Source: a virus (Duplodnaviria > Caudoviricetes). From it: a stretch of DNA of 34,015 bases. Location: positions 1-34,015 of the IMG/VR virus record IMGVR_UViG_3300025387_000007. One strand, given 5' to 3'. Every line of letters starts with the position of its first letter. Position 1 is the first letter of the stretch. The notes beneath the pieces were generated by a model. It made no database searches. It saw only the letters and a list, made by a program, of their open reading frames with translations, and was not told where the DNA came from. Shown here piece by piece: positions 8,955 through 16,744 of this stretch. A program made the position numbers and the translations under genes.

Positions 8955-9378
8955 CGCCTAGTAGTCCGTCCCAGGGGTCTGATGTGCTGGAGGTGCCAGC
9001 CGTCTGGCCACCGTGCCGAGAATGCTTCGGGCTCATGCCCAGGTCGTTCAGGAGGCCACGCAAACGCGAAGAAGATCGGTTGACCATGCCTAGCAGCGGG
9101 TGAGGGATCAGCGTTCCATTGGCTGCCTCGATCGTCATGCCTTGCTCGGCAATGGCAGCCCTCATCAAGACCAACTCGCTTACCGCTGCTGCCACCTCTT
9201 CGATCATGCGGAGGTCGGTTTGCTCGAACGTGCCCCGAGCTGTCAGCAGCCCCATCAGCCGCTTGAATTCCTGCTTGCCAACAGCGTCCAGCGAGGCTGG
9301 CACTTGGTATTCGGCTTGGGCTTTTACCGGCTTCGCCTTGGTGTTCCGGCTTGTCTTCGGCTTTGGTCCCTTTGGCAC
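8944..9378 (-). CDS. terS: Terminase small subunit (P27-like)
   Basis: PKGPKPK..VPASLDAVG..F; HPLL...LGMSP..R; GTG start after AGGGGG; upstream of terL. Confidence 0.88.
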   Translation of the reverse strand: MPKGPKPKTSRNTKAKPVKAQAEYQVPASLDAVGKQEFKRLMGLLTARGTFEQTDLRMIEEVAAAVSELVLMRAAIAEQGMTIEAANGTLIPHPLLGMVNRSSSRLRGLLNDLGMSPKHSRHGGQTAGTSSTSDPWDGLLGVVG

Positions 9379-9394
9379 AGGTGACCCCCTACGA

Positions 9395-9480
9395 ATTTGC
9401 ATTTATTTTTGTGCAAGGCCCACCGCTCGGATAACACCGCCAGGTTGATAGGGGACATGCCCCCCTCCCCCCTGGGTGAG
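9395..9480 (-). other. Candidate cos (packaging) region
   Basis: Between HNH and terS; contains CCCAGGGGGGAGGGGGGC on the minus strand and an AT-rich tract, the usual arrangement in HK97-like cos phages. Confidence 0.5.
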
Positions 9481-9552
9481 TTTCCTTGTTTCACGAAGCG
9501 AAACTTCCATAAAACGCCATATAGGGACGGCGCCATATGTGGGCGAAACTGG

Positions 9553-9876
9553 TTACTCGCCTCGGCTGGTCCGCTTGCTATGGCACGATGCACAGAGCGC
9601 CATGCAGTTGTCTGCATCAAAGGCAAGGCTCATATCGTCCGCACGCTTCACGATGTGGTGAACTTGCTCGGCTGCCGTCACCATGCCATGCCGCTTGCAG
9701 TCAGCACACAGGGGGTGCTCTGCTAGGAAAGACTTTCTGAACTTGCGCCACAGTCGGCTAGACGCGAATGGCGAACCACCGATCTGGTCATGTTCTCGCC
9801 TGGGTCGATGTGGTTGGTAGCGTGGCAGGCCAGGGATAGGCGATGGTGGCCGATAGGTGGGTATGCGTTCTGCCAT
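9553..9876 (-). CDS. HNH endonuclease (terminase-associated, HK97 gp74-like)
   Basis: WRKFR..FLAEHPLCADC...VHHI...DNCMALCASCHSKRT. Confidence 0.93.
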   Translation of the reverse strand: MAERIPTYRPPSPIPGLPRYQPHRPRREHDQIGGSPFASSRLWRKFRKSFLAEHPLCADCKRHGMVTAAEQVHHIVKRADDMSLAFDADNCMALCASCHSKRTSRGE

Positions 9877-9878
9877 GC

Positions 9879-10094
9879 TCAATACCACACGTTCGTTCGC
9901 CAGTCGTAACAGTACCTTGGCCCCGTCATGACCGCATTTCTCTCACGCTCGATAGCCGGTGACTGGTGAATGCTATATACGATCATGGCGCAGGCCGTGT
10001 GCATGGGCTTGAGCGTGGCCGATCCTGGCAGGCGAAAGAATGAACGCGGTACTTTGCGAAACCTCTCACCACACAGCCAGCAGCAGGGCGTCAT
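9879..10094 (-). CDS. Hypothetical Cys/His-containing protein (71 aa)
   Basis: ATGA overlap at 10094; CWLC...HTAC possible Zn ligands. Confidence 0.5.
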   Translation of the reverse strand: MTPCCWLCGERFRKVPRSFFRLPGSATLKPMHTACAMIVYSIHQSPAIERERNAVMTGPRYCYDWRTNVWY

Positions 10095-10447
10095 GCAGGG
10101 GGGACCGGCTGGACTCCGGTGCTGGATGCGGGACGTAGGCAAGCGGGCTGGCCATTACCGTTGGGGTCGAGTGGGCAGTATCCAATGCTGGCCATCTTGC
10201 GGAGGTTAGCGGCTTCCATTTCTAACTGCGTGATCTTCGCGGCCAGGTCGTCGTGCTGTAGCTTCTCGCCTTGCAATGCGATCCACTGCCGCCCAAGTTC
10301 CTGGCCTGCACGCACAACGAGCGTGGCAAGCACGATCACAGATCCAGCGATTCCCAGCGTACCGGGCGTGGCTTGCGCGAACAGGCCACCCAGCGAGGCA
10401 AGGGCGATACCTGCACCGGCCAGCGTGTTGTCTGTGTGGTCGTTCAT
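10091..10447 (-). CDS. Holin-like membrane protein
   Basis: Two hydrophobic segments (LAGAGIALASLGGLFA; LGIAGSVIVLATLVV) then a coiled coil; upstream of HNH/terS. Confidence 0.5.
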   Translation of the reverse strand: MNDHTDNTLAGAGIALASLGGLFAQATPGTLGIAGSVIVLATLVVRAGQELGRQWIALQGEKLQHDDLAAKITQLEMEAANLRKMASIGYCPLDPNGNGQPACLRPASSTGVQPVPPA

Positions 10448-12792
10448 TACTTCGCCCCCAGGTCGGCTAGGAGTTGTTCGGCTGCTGCAATCTGCGCCCG
10501 TGCGTACCTTACCAACGGTTCAAACGCAATTGGGGGCAAGGGCTGTGGCGTTGGCGGTACCGGCTCAGGTGTGGGCGTTGGTGCTGGTGTGCGGTAGTCG
10601 GTTGCACCGTAGTAACCGCCGTCGTCTGCGATTGGCGGAGGCGTGGCAGGGGCTGGAAGTTCGATGCTGTGCGTTTCCATAATTGGTTGCCGGTGAAACT
10701 GCCAATCGCTGAAAGTCTGAAATGATTCTGTACCCCAAACGTAAGCATCGCGGCATGATGTCGCCGTATAACAGTTGTAATCCCACTCAAGCAAAGGCTG
10801 ATTCTTATTCCCCGGCTTCAGGCACACATTGCGAAGCGGGTTGCCCTGGTAGTCCTTACCCGTATTCTGGAGCAGGCTATGCGACACAATCAGGTGATGC
10901 GTAGGCAGCATGTTGCCAAGGCTAATCGCTCCACCGTTGTCGCTGGTTTCGTGGCGTACCACGATGCGAGAGGCTACATAGGTGCCGCCTGAATCATGGT
11001 GGAACGAGTTAATGCCGTCATAGTTGCAGGTGGTCGTACGGGTCTGATCAAAGCCAATCTGATTGTGCACCTCGTTGAAGTCGTGAACGACCTCTGGGTT
11101 CCAGCTTGGGGCCTGGCTCACGATGTGGTTGTAAAGGCCATTGCCAGAAAAAGTGCATCGGTAAAGGCTGTGCGTGTCCATCGCTGAAAAGCCAGAGACG
11201 TTGCCCTCGAATCCTGAATGAGCACACACGCCACCGCCGCGCATCTGTAAGCCGCTTTGGCCACCGTCCCGGAACTCGCTATCCACCACGATCACTTGTC
11301 GGGCCATACTGGCGCAGTAGATATTGTGACAAAAAATATCATTCGCATCTGGCTTAGGCGTATCGCCATCATATCGCCAGCCGTTGCGGTCGAATGTGCT
11401 GCCACTGATCAGGAAATCCCCGCAGTGAGCGATGAACATCCCCTGGACGTGGGCTGGGCTTGCTACGTTGGCGTGAACGTCCTTCACCGTGCAATTGATC
11501 AGGGCACAACCGATGGGGGCCCGCTGCTGGGCAGATCCGTACGAAGGCTGAAGCTGGCAGTTTGAAAAGTCACAGTCGATCAGAATTATGTGATCTTGTG
11601 GGCTCCCGACAGGCCAGATTGGGGGCAACGCCCCACGAGTCGGATCACCCAGAAATTGCAGTCCGCTGAAGAACTGATAGGGAGCTTCCCCGACTTGCCC
11701 AGTCGCAGGGTCGTACTGACGAAACCAGATTCGCTCGCCGTTCGGATCGGGTGTTGTGCTGGTGTCGCCGAGCAAGATAGGCTTGGTGCCGGGGTCAGGA
11801 CCATAAAGGGGGTTCCAGTAGCTTTCGTAAACCGTGGGCTCACTGATGCAATCACCGGGCGTCTGGATTAGCCACGGCTCAAATGGGAACGTGTCGCCAC
11901 GTAGGAGTTTGACGTGGACGTTATCGTGTGTTTTCAGCGATTCCAGTGCCTTGGCAATCGTCTTGAAAGGCTTATCCTGCGAGCCATCGCCGGTCGTGTC
12001 GCTGCCCTTGCTGCTGCTCGCATGCACTTCATCGGCAAATGTCATGTGCTCAACAGTCAGCTTGCCATCGGCATTAACCACGCTTTCGTTGTCGGCCGTG
12101 ATCGTAGCCGCCGCCGTAGAATTGCCGCGATTGTCAGCACACAAGCCAGCAGGCACCACCACGGGGCAGTCATGCCAAGGGGCTGGCGTTGGCAGCAGGC
12201 ATGTTACGGTGAGGGTCACGGATTGACGCACAAACTTACGGGCGTTGGCGTTTGGCTGGCCACTGGCCAGAATCGTGCTTGTGGTGGTCGACGTTCCCGC
12301 GATTAACTGCGTGAGGTTATCCAAAAGCGGCTTTTGCTGGGCCGCGTAGACGCGAGCCACGCCACCCTGTGGAGGTGTGTCTCGCCAATGGAGGTTGATT
12401 AGCTGTCCATCGCCAATCTGATGGCCACGTTCCCCGCTGTTGTCCGAGTTGCCAAAGATCGGCGGGCTGGTTTTGATCTCGTTGCCGTCTTTATCAGTCA
12501 GCGTAACCAGGAAAAAATACTCACCCGCCTCGAACTGGCCACCACTCTGTGGCGGGTCAATCCACGGCAATGGCATGTTCCAGTCTTCAGCTTGCACGCC
12601 GATCACTTCCGCGGCCAGGCCGCTGACCGTGACTACTGCGCCACGCCGTTGGGCTGGCATGTAGTCCATAAAGCCCACATCACGCAGGCGATCAATCGCA
12701 GGCTGGCCCACGGCTACACCCGCCTCGAACTGCAGGCGAACCGTGCGACCATCGGCCATGATCTTTGCGGAGGTCAGAATAAATTCAGGCAT
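10447..12792 (-). CDS. Large modular protein: Fn3/Ig-like segment, DUF1565-like motif, right-handed beta-helix, Pro/Thr linker; possible polysaccharide-binding or degrading enzyme
   Basis: YFFLVTLTDKDGNE..INLHW..RVY; GSDTTGDGSQDKPFKTIAKAL..LLRGDTF; ISGSTFDRNGW..HNIYC; PAPTPTPEPVPPTP. Confidence 0.7.
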   Translation of the reverse strand: MPEFILTSAKIMADGRTVRLQFEAGVAVGQPAIDRLRDVGFMDYMPAQRRGAVVTVSGLAAEVIGVQAEDWNMPLPWIDPPQSGGQFEAGEYFFLVTLTDKDGNEIKTSPPIFGNSDNSGERGHQIGDGQLINLHWRDTPPQGGVARVYAAQQKPLLDNLTQLIAGTSTTTSTILASGQPNANARKFVRQSVTLTVTCLLPTPAPWHDCPVVVPAGLCADNRGNSTAAATITADNESVVNADGKLTVEHMTFADEVHASSSKGSDTTGDGSQDKPFKTIAKALESLKTHDNVHVKLLRGDTFPFEPWLIQTPGDCISEPTVYESYWNPLYGPDPGTKPILLGDTSTTPDPNGERIWFRQYDPATGQVGEAPYQFFSGLQFLGDPTRGALPPIWPVGSPQDHIILIDCDFSNCQLQPSYGSAQQRAPIGCALINCTVKDVHANVASPAHVQGMFIAHCGDFLISGSTFDRNGWRYDGDTPKPDANDIFCHNIYCASMARQVIVVDSEFRDGGQSGLQMRGGGVCAHSGFEGNVSGFSAMDTHSLYRCTFSGNGLYNHIVSQAPSWNPEVVHDFNEVHNQIGFDQTRTTTCNYDGINSFHHDSGGTYVASRIVVRHETSDNGGAISLGNMLPTHHLIVSHSLLQNTGKDYQGNPLRNVCLKPGNKNQPLLEWDYNCYTATSCRDAYVWGTESFQTFSDWQFHRQPIMETHSIELPAPATPPPIADDGGYYGATDYRTPAPTPTPEPVPPTPQPLPPIAFEPLVRYARAQIAAAEQLLADLGAK

Positions 12793-12797
12793 GTTAT

Positions 12798-12829
12798 GGT
12801 TTTCAGGTGGCTAAATTAGCCACCTGGAT
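12798..12829. repeat. Dispersed palindromic element, copy 1 (core 12804-12826)
   Basis: CAGGTGGCTAA-A-TTAGCCACCTG; 32 bp identical to 16482-16513. Confidence 0.95.
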
Positions 12830-12903
12830 CGGGGTCAGTGCTGAATGATAATCTTGCCGGATTCGCCATGTTTTGCGGGGAACCAAAATACATTGGACTG
12901 CAC

Positions 12904-13140
12904 TTAGGGCTGGCCTACCTGATCGGAAATTCGCACGATTGCTGCTTCCAGTCTTTCCAGGGTTTTTACCACGCCGTCATCGCGTTCAGGCGAACGCGAG
13001 ATTAGACGCCACGACGATGCCAGCCAATGAGTCACCTTGGCCCGTTCCAGGTCGGCGTCAACCGATGCGGTCGCGTCGGAATAGCCAAGCTGATACTGGT
13101 CATCGGCGTCTTCAATGGTTTCGTCGACTTCGTCGCTCAT
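12904..13140 (-). CDS. Hypothetical acidic protein (78 aa)
   Basis: ATGA overlap with the upstream gene. Confidence 0.65.
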   Translation of the reverse strand: MSDEVDETIEDADDQYQLGYSDATASVDADLERAKVTHWLASSWRLISRSPERDDGVVKTLERLEAAIVRISDQVGQP

Positions 13141-13703
13141 GCGGCCTTGAGATTGAGGGCCTTTGCAAGAGTGTCGAGGGCTCGGCAGAAGTTGGCTCTG
13201 TCGCCATAGTTGCCAATGTGCATATCCACATCGTAAGGCCCGAATTCCAGCATCGGGTCTGTAGGAATTCCCGGCCGATCAATCCAGATGATGTGGTCAA
13301 TGATTTGCCGAGCCGCTTTCAGTTCGGGTAGCGCCCTGGTGCCATTCAGCAGCTTGGCGCCATGACTCAAACAAACCTTCAGCAGATGTGCGGGGTCGTC
13401 CGCTCGCAATTCGTCGCCAATCTCTCGCCATCGCTCTCGGTTGCCGTGCCGAGATCCCAACACCACTTCAAGCGGTGCCCCGGTTTGTCGGCTGATCTCA
13501 AGGGCGATCACCTGCGATGTGCTGCCCCAGAATTTCAAGCCAGTTCGACCGGCCAAATATGTGCATGCGAAGTCTTTGCCGCAGCCGCTTGGGCCAACGA
13601 AAAGGACGGTCTTGCAACCCCTGGCCTCGGCCGTGATCACCTCCCTCCCCGTCTCGCCAGATCCTGGCAGAGCGAACAATGTGCGGAGATAAAGAGCGCT
13701 CAT
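13137..13703 (-). CDS. P-loop kinase, deoxynucleoside-monophosphate-kinase-like
   Basis: VLFVGPSGCGKD Walker A; GTRALPE; IIWIDRPG; HIGN. Confidence 0.7.
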   Translation of the reverse strand: MSALYLRTLFALPGSGETGREVITAEARGCKTVLFVGPSGCGKDFACTYLAGRTGLKFWGSTSQVIALEISRQTGAPLEVVLGSRHGNRERWREIGDELRADDPAHLLKVCLSHGAKLLNGTRALPELKAARQIIDHIIWIDRPGIPTDPMLEFGPYDVDMHIGNYGDRANFCRALDTLAKALNLKAA

Positions 13704-14500
13704 ACAGTCACCGTCGGGGGTTCAGTGCCGATTGCCCACGTTGCCGCCTCGACATAATACGCTTCACGGCTGCCCTGGCTCTCCCAATGTTTGCGAGTCA
13801 GCCAGCAATATCCATCAATGCCCCATTTTGTGGACCAGCTATTTTGCATCTTGATCTGCCAATCGCCGTCTTTGCCGCGTCGCATTCCCCAGCCCACGGC
13901 TACCGCGTGATTGCCCTGGCCAACACAAACAGGCGCGGTGCCATCGCCAGCAACATTTCCCCAAGAGTTAGCCACTCGCACACTCAGATTGACGGGCCGC
14001 CGCAGCTGCACCGCGTTGCAAATGTCATCCCATTCAGTAAGCAGACCGCCCAGGCTGATCTTGTGGTTCGCTGCGTCCTTGTGTGCTTGGTCAGAAATCA
14101 GTCGCGGGTTAATCGTTGAGTATGGCACCAGCGATTCCAGGCAGGTGCCTTCACGTTGCAACAATTCCAGCGCGTCACTGATGCTCGATCCACGGTCCCA
14201 GCCGTTACACAAGGTAGCGTAGATGTACCAGGGGCTCAAGGCTTCGGCTTCCTGCGTTCCCAGCCCAATCCATCGGCACAATTCCAGCGTACTTGCTGCG
14301 GCGTGCCCATTGCAGGCGCCACGGTTGCCCTGGTCCTTCACCTTTGTGGAGGGGCGGTACTCAAACTCGGACCAGGCTTCTTTCGGCACCTGAACGAGTG
14401 GTCCGCCGCAAACCAGCGTTGCTCGCCGGGTTGGTGGCTCCCAGCCAAATGTGCGAAACTCGCCAGCGATTCGGACTGTAGATGCGGGTAGTACGCTCAC
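13700..14500 (-). CDS. Papain-like (C1) cysteine peptidase
   Basis: VKDQGNRGACNGHA (Gln, Cys), LSPWYIY, GNHAV (His), QNSWSTKWGIDGYCWL (Asn). Confidence 0.9.
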   Translation of the reverse strand: MSVLPASTVRIAGEFRTFGWEPPTRRATLVCGGPLVQVPKEAWSEFEYRPSTKVKDQGNRGACNGHAAASTLELCRWIGLGTQEAEALSPWYIYATLCNGWDRGSSISDALELLQREGTCLESLVPYSTINPRLISDQAHKDAANHKISLGGLLTEWDDICNAVQLRRPVNLSVRVANSWGNVAGDGTAPVCVGQGNHAVAVGWGMRRGKDGDWQIKMQNSWSTKWGIDGYCWLTRKHWESQGSREAYYVEAATWAIGTEPPTVTV

Positions 14501-14970
14501 GGCTTGTACTTCTTAACCTCGCTCACAATTCCCGCAGCATCGGCCGCCTTGCCGCTCGACAAGACTTTGCCGCCCTGGTCCTGAATCACAAGCGTGGGCA
14601 TTCCGTGCTGAGTCACGTAAGGCGCGAGCTTGACCGAGGCCAGGGCGGGGTCATCGTGCGAATACGTGCGCAAATTTACTGCGCCGGGTTTTGCCAACGA
14701 TCGAATTGAATCGTTCGTTCGCAGTGCAGCTTGCTTGGGGTCGCTGGCGTCTACAATCAACGAGGCCCAGAGTATACCCTCGACCGGCGTGGGCGTGGGT
14801 GGCTCGGGCGGCTTGGGTGCCGGTGGAGCAGGACCAGGGCCAACGAGAGGCGTGGTTGTGAGCGTGTACGCCGTGCCGTCCAGCACCACAACCACGGGCC
14901 GTGGATCGCCAGCCGCTAACACCGTGATAGGCGTCTGAAGCGTCAGCAGGAGCAAAAGGGATGTGATCAT
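14497..14970 (-). CDS. Exported/membrane-anchored protein with a Pro-rich linker and a small thioredoxin-like C-terminal fold lacking CxxC
   Basis: MITSLLLLLTL; PGPAPPAPKPPEPPTPTP; GMPTLVIQDQGGKVL. Confidence 0.6.
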   Translation of the reverse strand: MITSLLLLLTLQTPITVLAAGDPRPVVVVLDGTAYTLTTTPLVGPGPAPPAPKPPEPPTPTPVEGILWASLIVDASDPKQAALRTNDSIRSLAKPGAVNLRTYSHDDPALASVKLAPYVTQHGMPTLVIQDQGGKVLSSGKAADAAGIVSEVKKYKP

Positions 14971-14980
14971 GTGTGTTTAG

Positions 14981-15069
14981 AGGCGCGGAAGGGAGTTGCA
15001 CCCTCGTAAAACCACAGGGGCGCCAGGTTTACCTGGTCTCATTTGCTCTCGCTACTGAGCTACCGCGCC
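14981..15069 (-). ncRNA. tRNA-like element without a canonical anticodon arm
   Basis: Acceptor GGCGCGG/CCGCGCC, TA, D-arm GCTC-AGTAGCGA-GAGC, T-arm GAGGG-TGCAACT-CCCTT; 38-nt irregular middle; no encoded CCA. Confidence 0.8.
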
Positions 15070-15076
15070 AAGCGTG

Positions 15077-15364
15077 TTACTGAGCCGAGGGCGGTGCGAT
15101 GGCGTTGAGCTTGTCGATCTCAGCCTGCAATGCCGCAGCATCAGAGTCGGCCTGGGCCTTATCTGACGCTGCGGCCTGGATCGTGGCCTTGAGGTTTGCG
15201 ATCTCAGCACTTTGGGCCTGCACGAGGGCGGTCACGTTGGCGACAGACTGCTGAAGTGCGTTCAGCTTTTCGGAGACGGTCATGGGTTGCTCCAGATGAT
15301 CTATGTAAGCGGTTGCAAGAATGGCAAATAACGCCATTGCGCAAAGAATAAGGATATCTTTCAT
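15077..15364 (-). CDS. N-terminally anchored coiled-coil protein (spanin-like architecture possible)
   Basis: ILILCAMALFAILATAY then an Ala/Gln-rich heptad pattern; ATGA overlap. Confidence 0.55.
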   Translation of the reverse strand: MKDILILCAMALFAILATAYIDHLEQPMTVSEKLNALQQSVANVTALVQAQSAEIANLKATIQAAASDKAQADSDAAALQAEIDKLNAIAPPSAQ

Positions 15365-15744
15365 AGCAGGATCGGCACAATGATTTCGGCCGCCTTCAAG
15401 AGCCAGCCAGCCAGCTTCAGGGCCAGGGCCGGCGTGATCGGACAGGCAACCATGACGTGTGTGCCGTTTTCATCGCCATCGGAAGTTGTGAGCTGCTCAA
15501 GCAGGTCGTGGGCTTCGTCGTCGGTAAGCGATTCGTCGTCGGTGGCCGGTGCGAACATCTTCAAATTGCCACCAGCGCCGGCTCCGAAGTAACAGCCGAG
15601 CGCCCAGAGTTCAAGCTCGACCGCACAGTGAGCCAGAGTTTCGGCCTGGGCCTTATCGACCTTGCCAGCCTTCACGATTGCCAAAGCGTCTGCCAGCACG
15701 AAGGCGGGGAACGAGGCACGGAAAGCTGTATACGAATCGCTCAT
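15361..15744 (-). CDS. Hypothetical protein with a hydrophobic C-terminus (127 aa, MSDSYTAF...)
   Basis: Ends ALALKLAGWLLKAAEIIVPILL; start placed at ATG 15744. Confidence 0.6.
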   Translation of the reverse strand: MSDSYTAFRASFPAFVLADALAIVKAGKVDKAQAETLAHCAVELELWALGCYFGAGAGGNLKMFAPATDDESLTDDEAHDLLEQLTTSDGDENGTHVMVACPITPALALKLAGWLLKAAEIIVPILL

Positions 15745-15822
15745 GTTGCTTCTCTCAGGTGATCCTGTGGCGGGATCGGCAGTTTTCCGAGAGCCCCCCA
15801 CAATCCCCGTACGCGGGGTGAT

Positions 15823-16257
15823 TTATGGTGCCTTTTGGCCTTTTGGTACAAACTTGATCGGCTTGTGCTTGGCTGGCTTTTCTTCAACCTCGACCGCTGC
15901 CCCGTGCTTACTTGCGATTCGTTCGGCCCGCTCGTTGCCCTGGTTGCAGGCAAGGCAAATCCAGTTGTAGTCAGCATAGGCGGGGTGGATGTGTTCGCAT
16001 TGCCTGCCCTGGTCTACGTCCAGCCTGCTCCACGGCTGGCCACCAGTCAGGCATACTACGCCATGAGAGATGGCTTTGTCAGGGGCAACAAGAACGGTGC
16101 CCTTGCCACCGCCTCGAAAGTCAGCTGCATGCCGATCGGACCAGTGATTCACGAATGCGCCTCGGAATTTTGTGATAGCGATTGCGGGCGGATTCATGCG
16201 AAATTCGAACAAAATCGCCAATCTCTCGCCACGTCCAGCCCTGCTGACGAAGGCCAA
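15823..16257 (-). CDS. Hypothetical protein with a possible Zn ribbon; start uncertain
   Basis: CEH...WICLAC and a basic tail; the 5' part overlaps the HTH gene, so the true start is probably downstream. Confidence 0.4.
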   Translation of the reverse strand: MAFVSRAGRGERLAILFEFRMNPPAIAITKFRGAFVNHWSDRHAADFRGGGKGTVLVAPDKAISHGVVCLTGGQPWSRLDVDQGRQCEHIHPAYADYNWICLACNQGNERAERIASKHGAAVEVEEKPAKHKPIKFVPKGQKAP

Positions 16258-16366
16258 GAATGACCAGATCCTTGGTCTTATTCCGATCGGCTGCCCGTTT
16301 CTTGGACAGGCCCATCGGGCGTCGTGGTGATTCGACCGCCTGCCCGCTTGCGTCTGACCAGCTCAT
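16121..16366 (-). CDS. Stand-alone HTH protein (sigma70 region-4-like), first gene of the late leftward unit
   Basis: ILGLRQQGWTWREIGDFVRISHESARNRYHK; GAGGAG RBS. Confidence 0.75.
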   Translation of the reverse strand: MSWSDASGQAVESPRRPMGLSKKRAADRNKTKDLVILGLRQQGWTWREIGDFVRISHESARNRYHKIPRRIRESLVRSACS

Positions 16367-16453
16367 ATGCTCTCCTCATGGCGGAATTTCTACCTATAAG
16401 GGCATCTGACAAGGCGGTTTCTATATATTACTACCGCGTAAGGACTTGCGGCT

Positions 16454-16468
16454 TATATTATGTCAAGT
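16454..16468 (+). other. dif-like half site (spacer plus XerD arm)
   Basis: TATATTATGTCAAGT versus TATATTATGTTAAAT in E. coli dif; no adjacent XerC arm. Confidence 0.45.
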
Positions 16469-16481
16469 TTTATTTTTGGTC

Positions 16482-16513
16482 GGTTTTCAGGTGGCTAAAT
16501 TAGCCACCTGGAT
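16482..16513. repeat. Dispersed palindromic element, copy 2 (core 16488-16510)
   Basis: Identical 32-mer to 12798-12829. Confidence 0.95.
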
Positions 16514-16536
16514 TGGCAGGCTTCAGAAAAACACCG

Positions 16537-16729
16537 GGCAGGGAATTTGGCAGGCTAAAAACTGGACAAGAGTCAATTCCTGCATAAAAATACACAAGCT
16601 CAAACCCCTTAGAAAATAGCGTTTTGCCTGTTTTTCAGGGTGTTCTGCGGTCACTCGACATTATCGCGCATAATGTTGGGTGTGCTACAATTCAGACATG
16701 AACAGCACAATGGCAGGGAATTCGGCAGG
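16537..16729. other. Candidate attP: arm-type repeats flanking an inverted-repeat core
   Basis: GGCAGGGAATT(T/C)GGCAGG at 16537-16554 and 16712-16729; core ACATTA-TCGCGCA-TAATGT at 16658-16676; non-coding and directly upstream of int. Confidence 0.65.
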
Positions 16730-16744
16730 AATGAGGTTTTGACC

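Noticed and set aside
14981-15069. Functional decoding or ochre-suppressor tRNA explaining the TAA at 320-322
   Set aside because: No canonical anticodon stem-loop can be drawn and there is no TTA anticodon in a 7-nt loop
16640-16744. N-terminal extension of the integrase in the ORF track
   Set aside because: Overlaps the attP-like core and arm repeat; MARTPGPWY at 16745 is the more typical start
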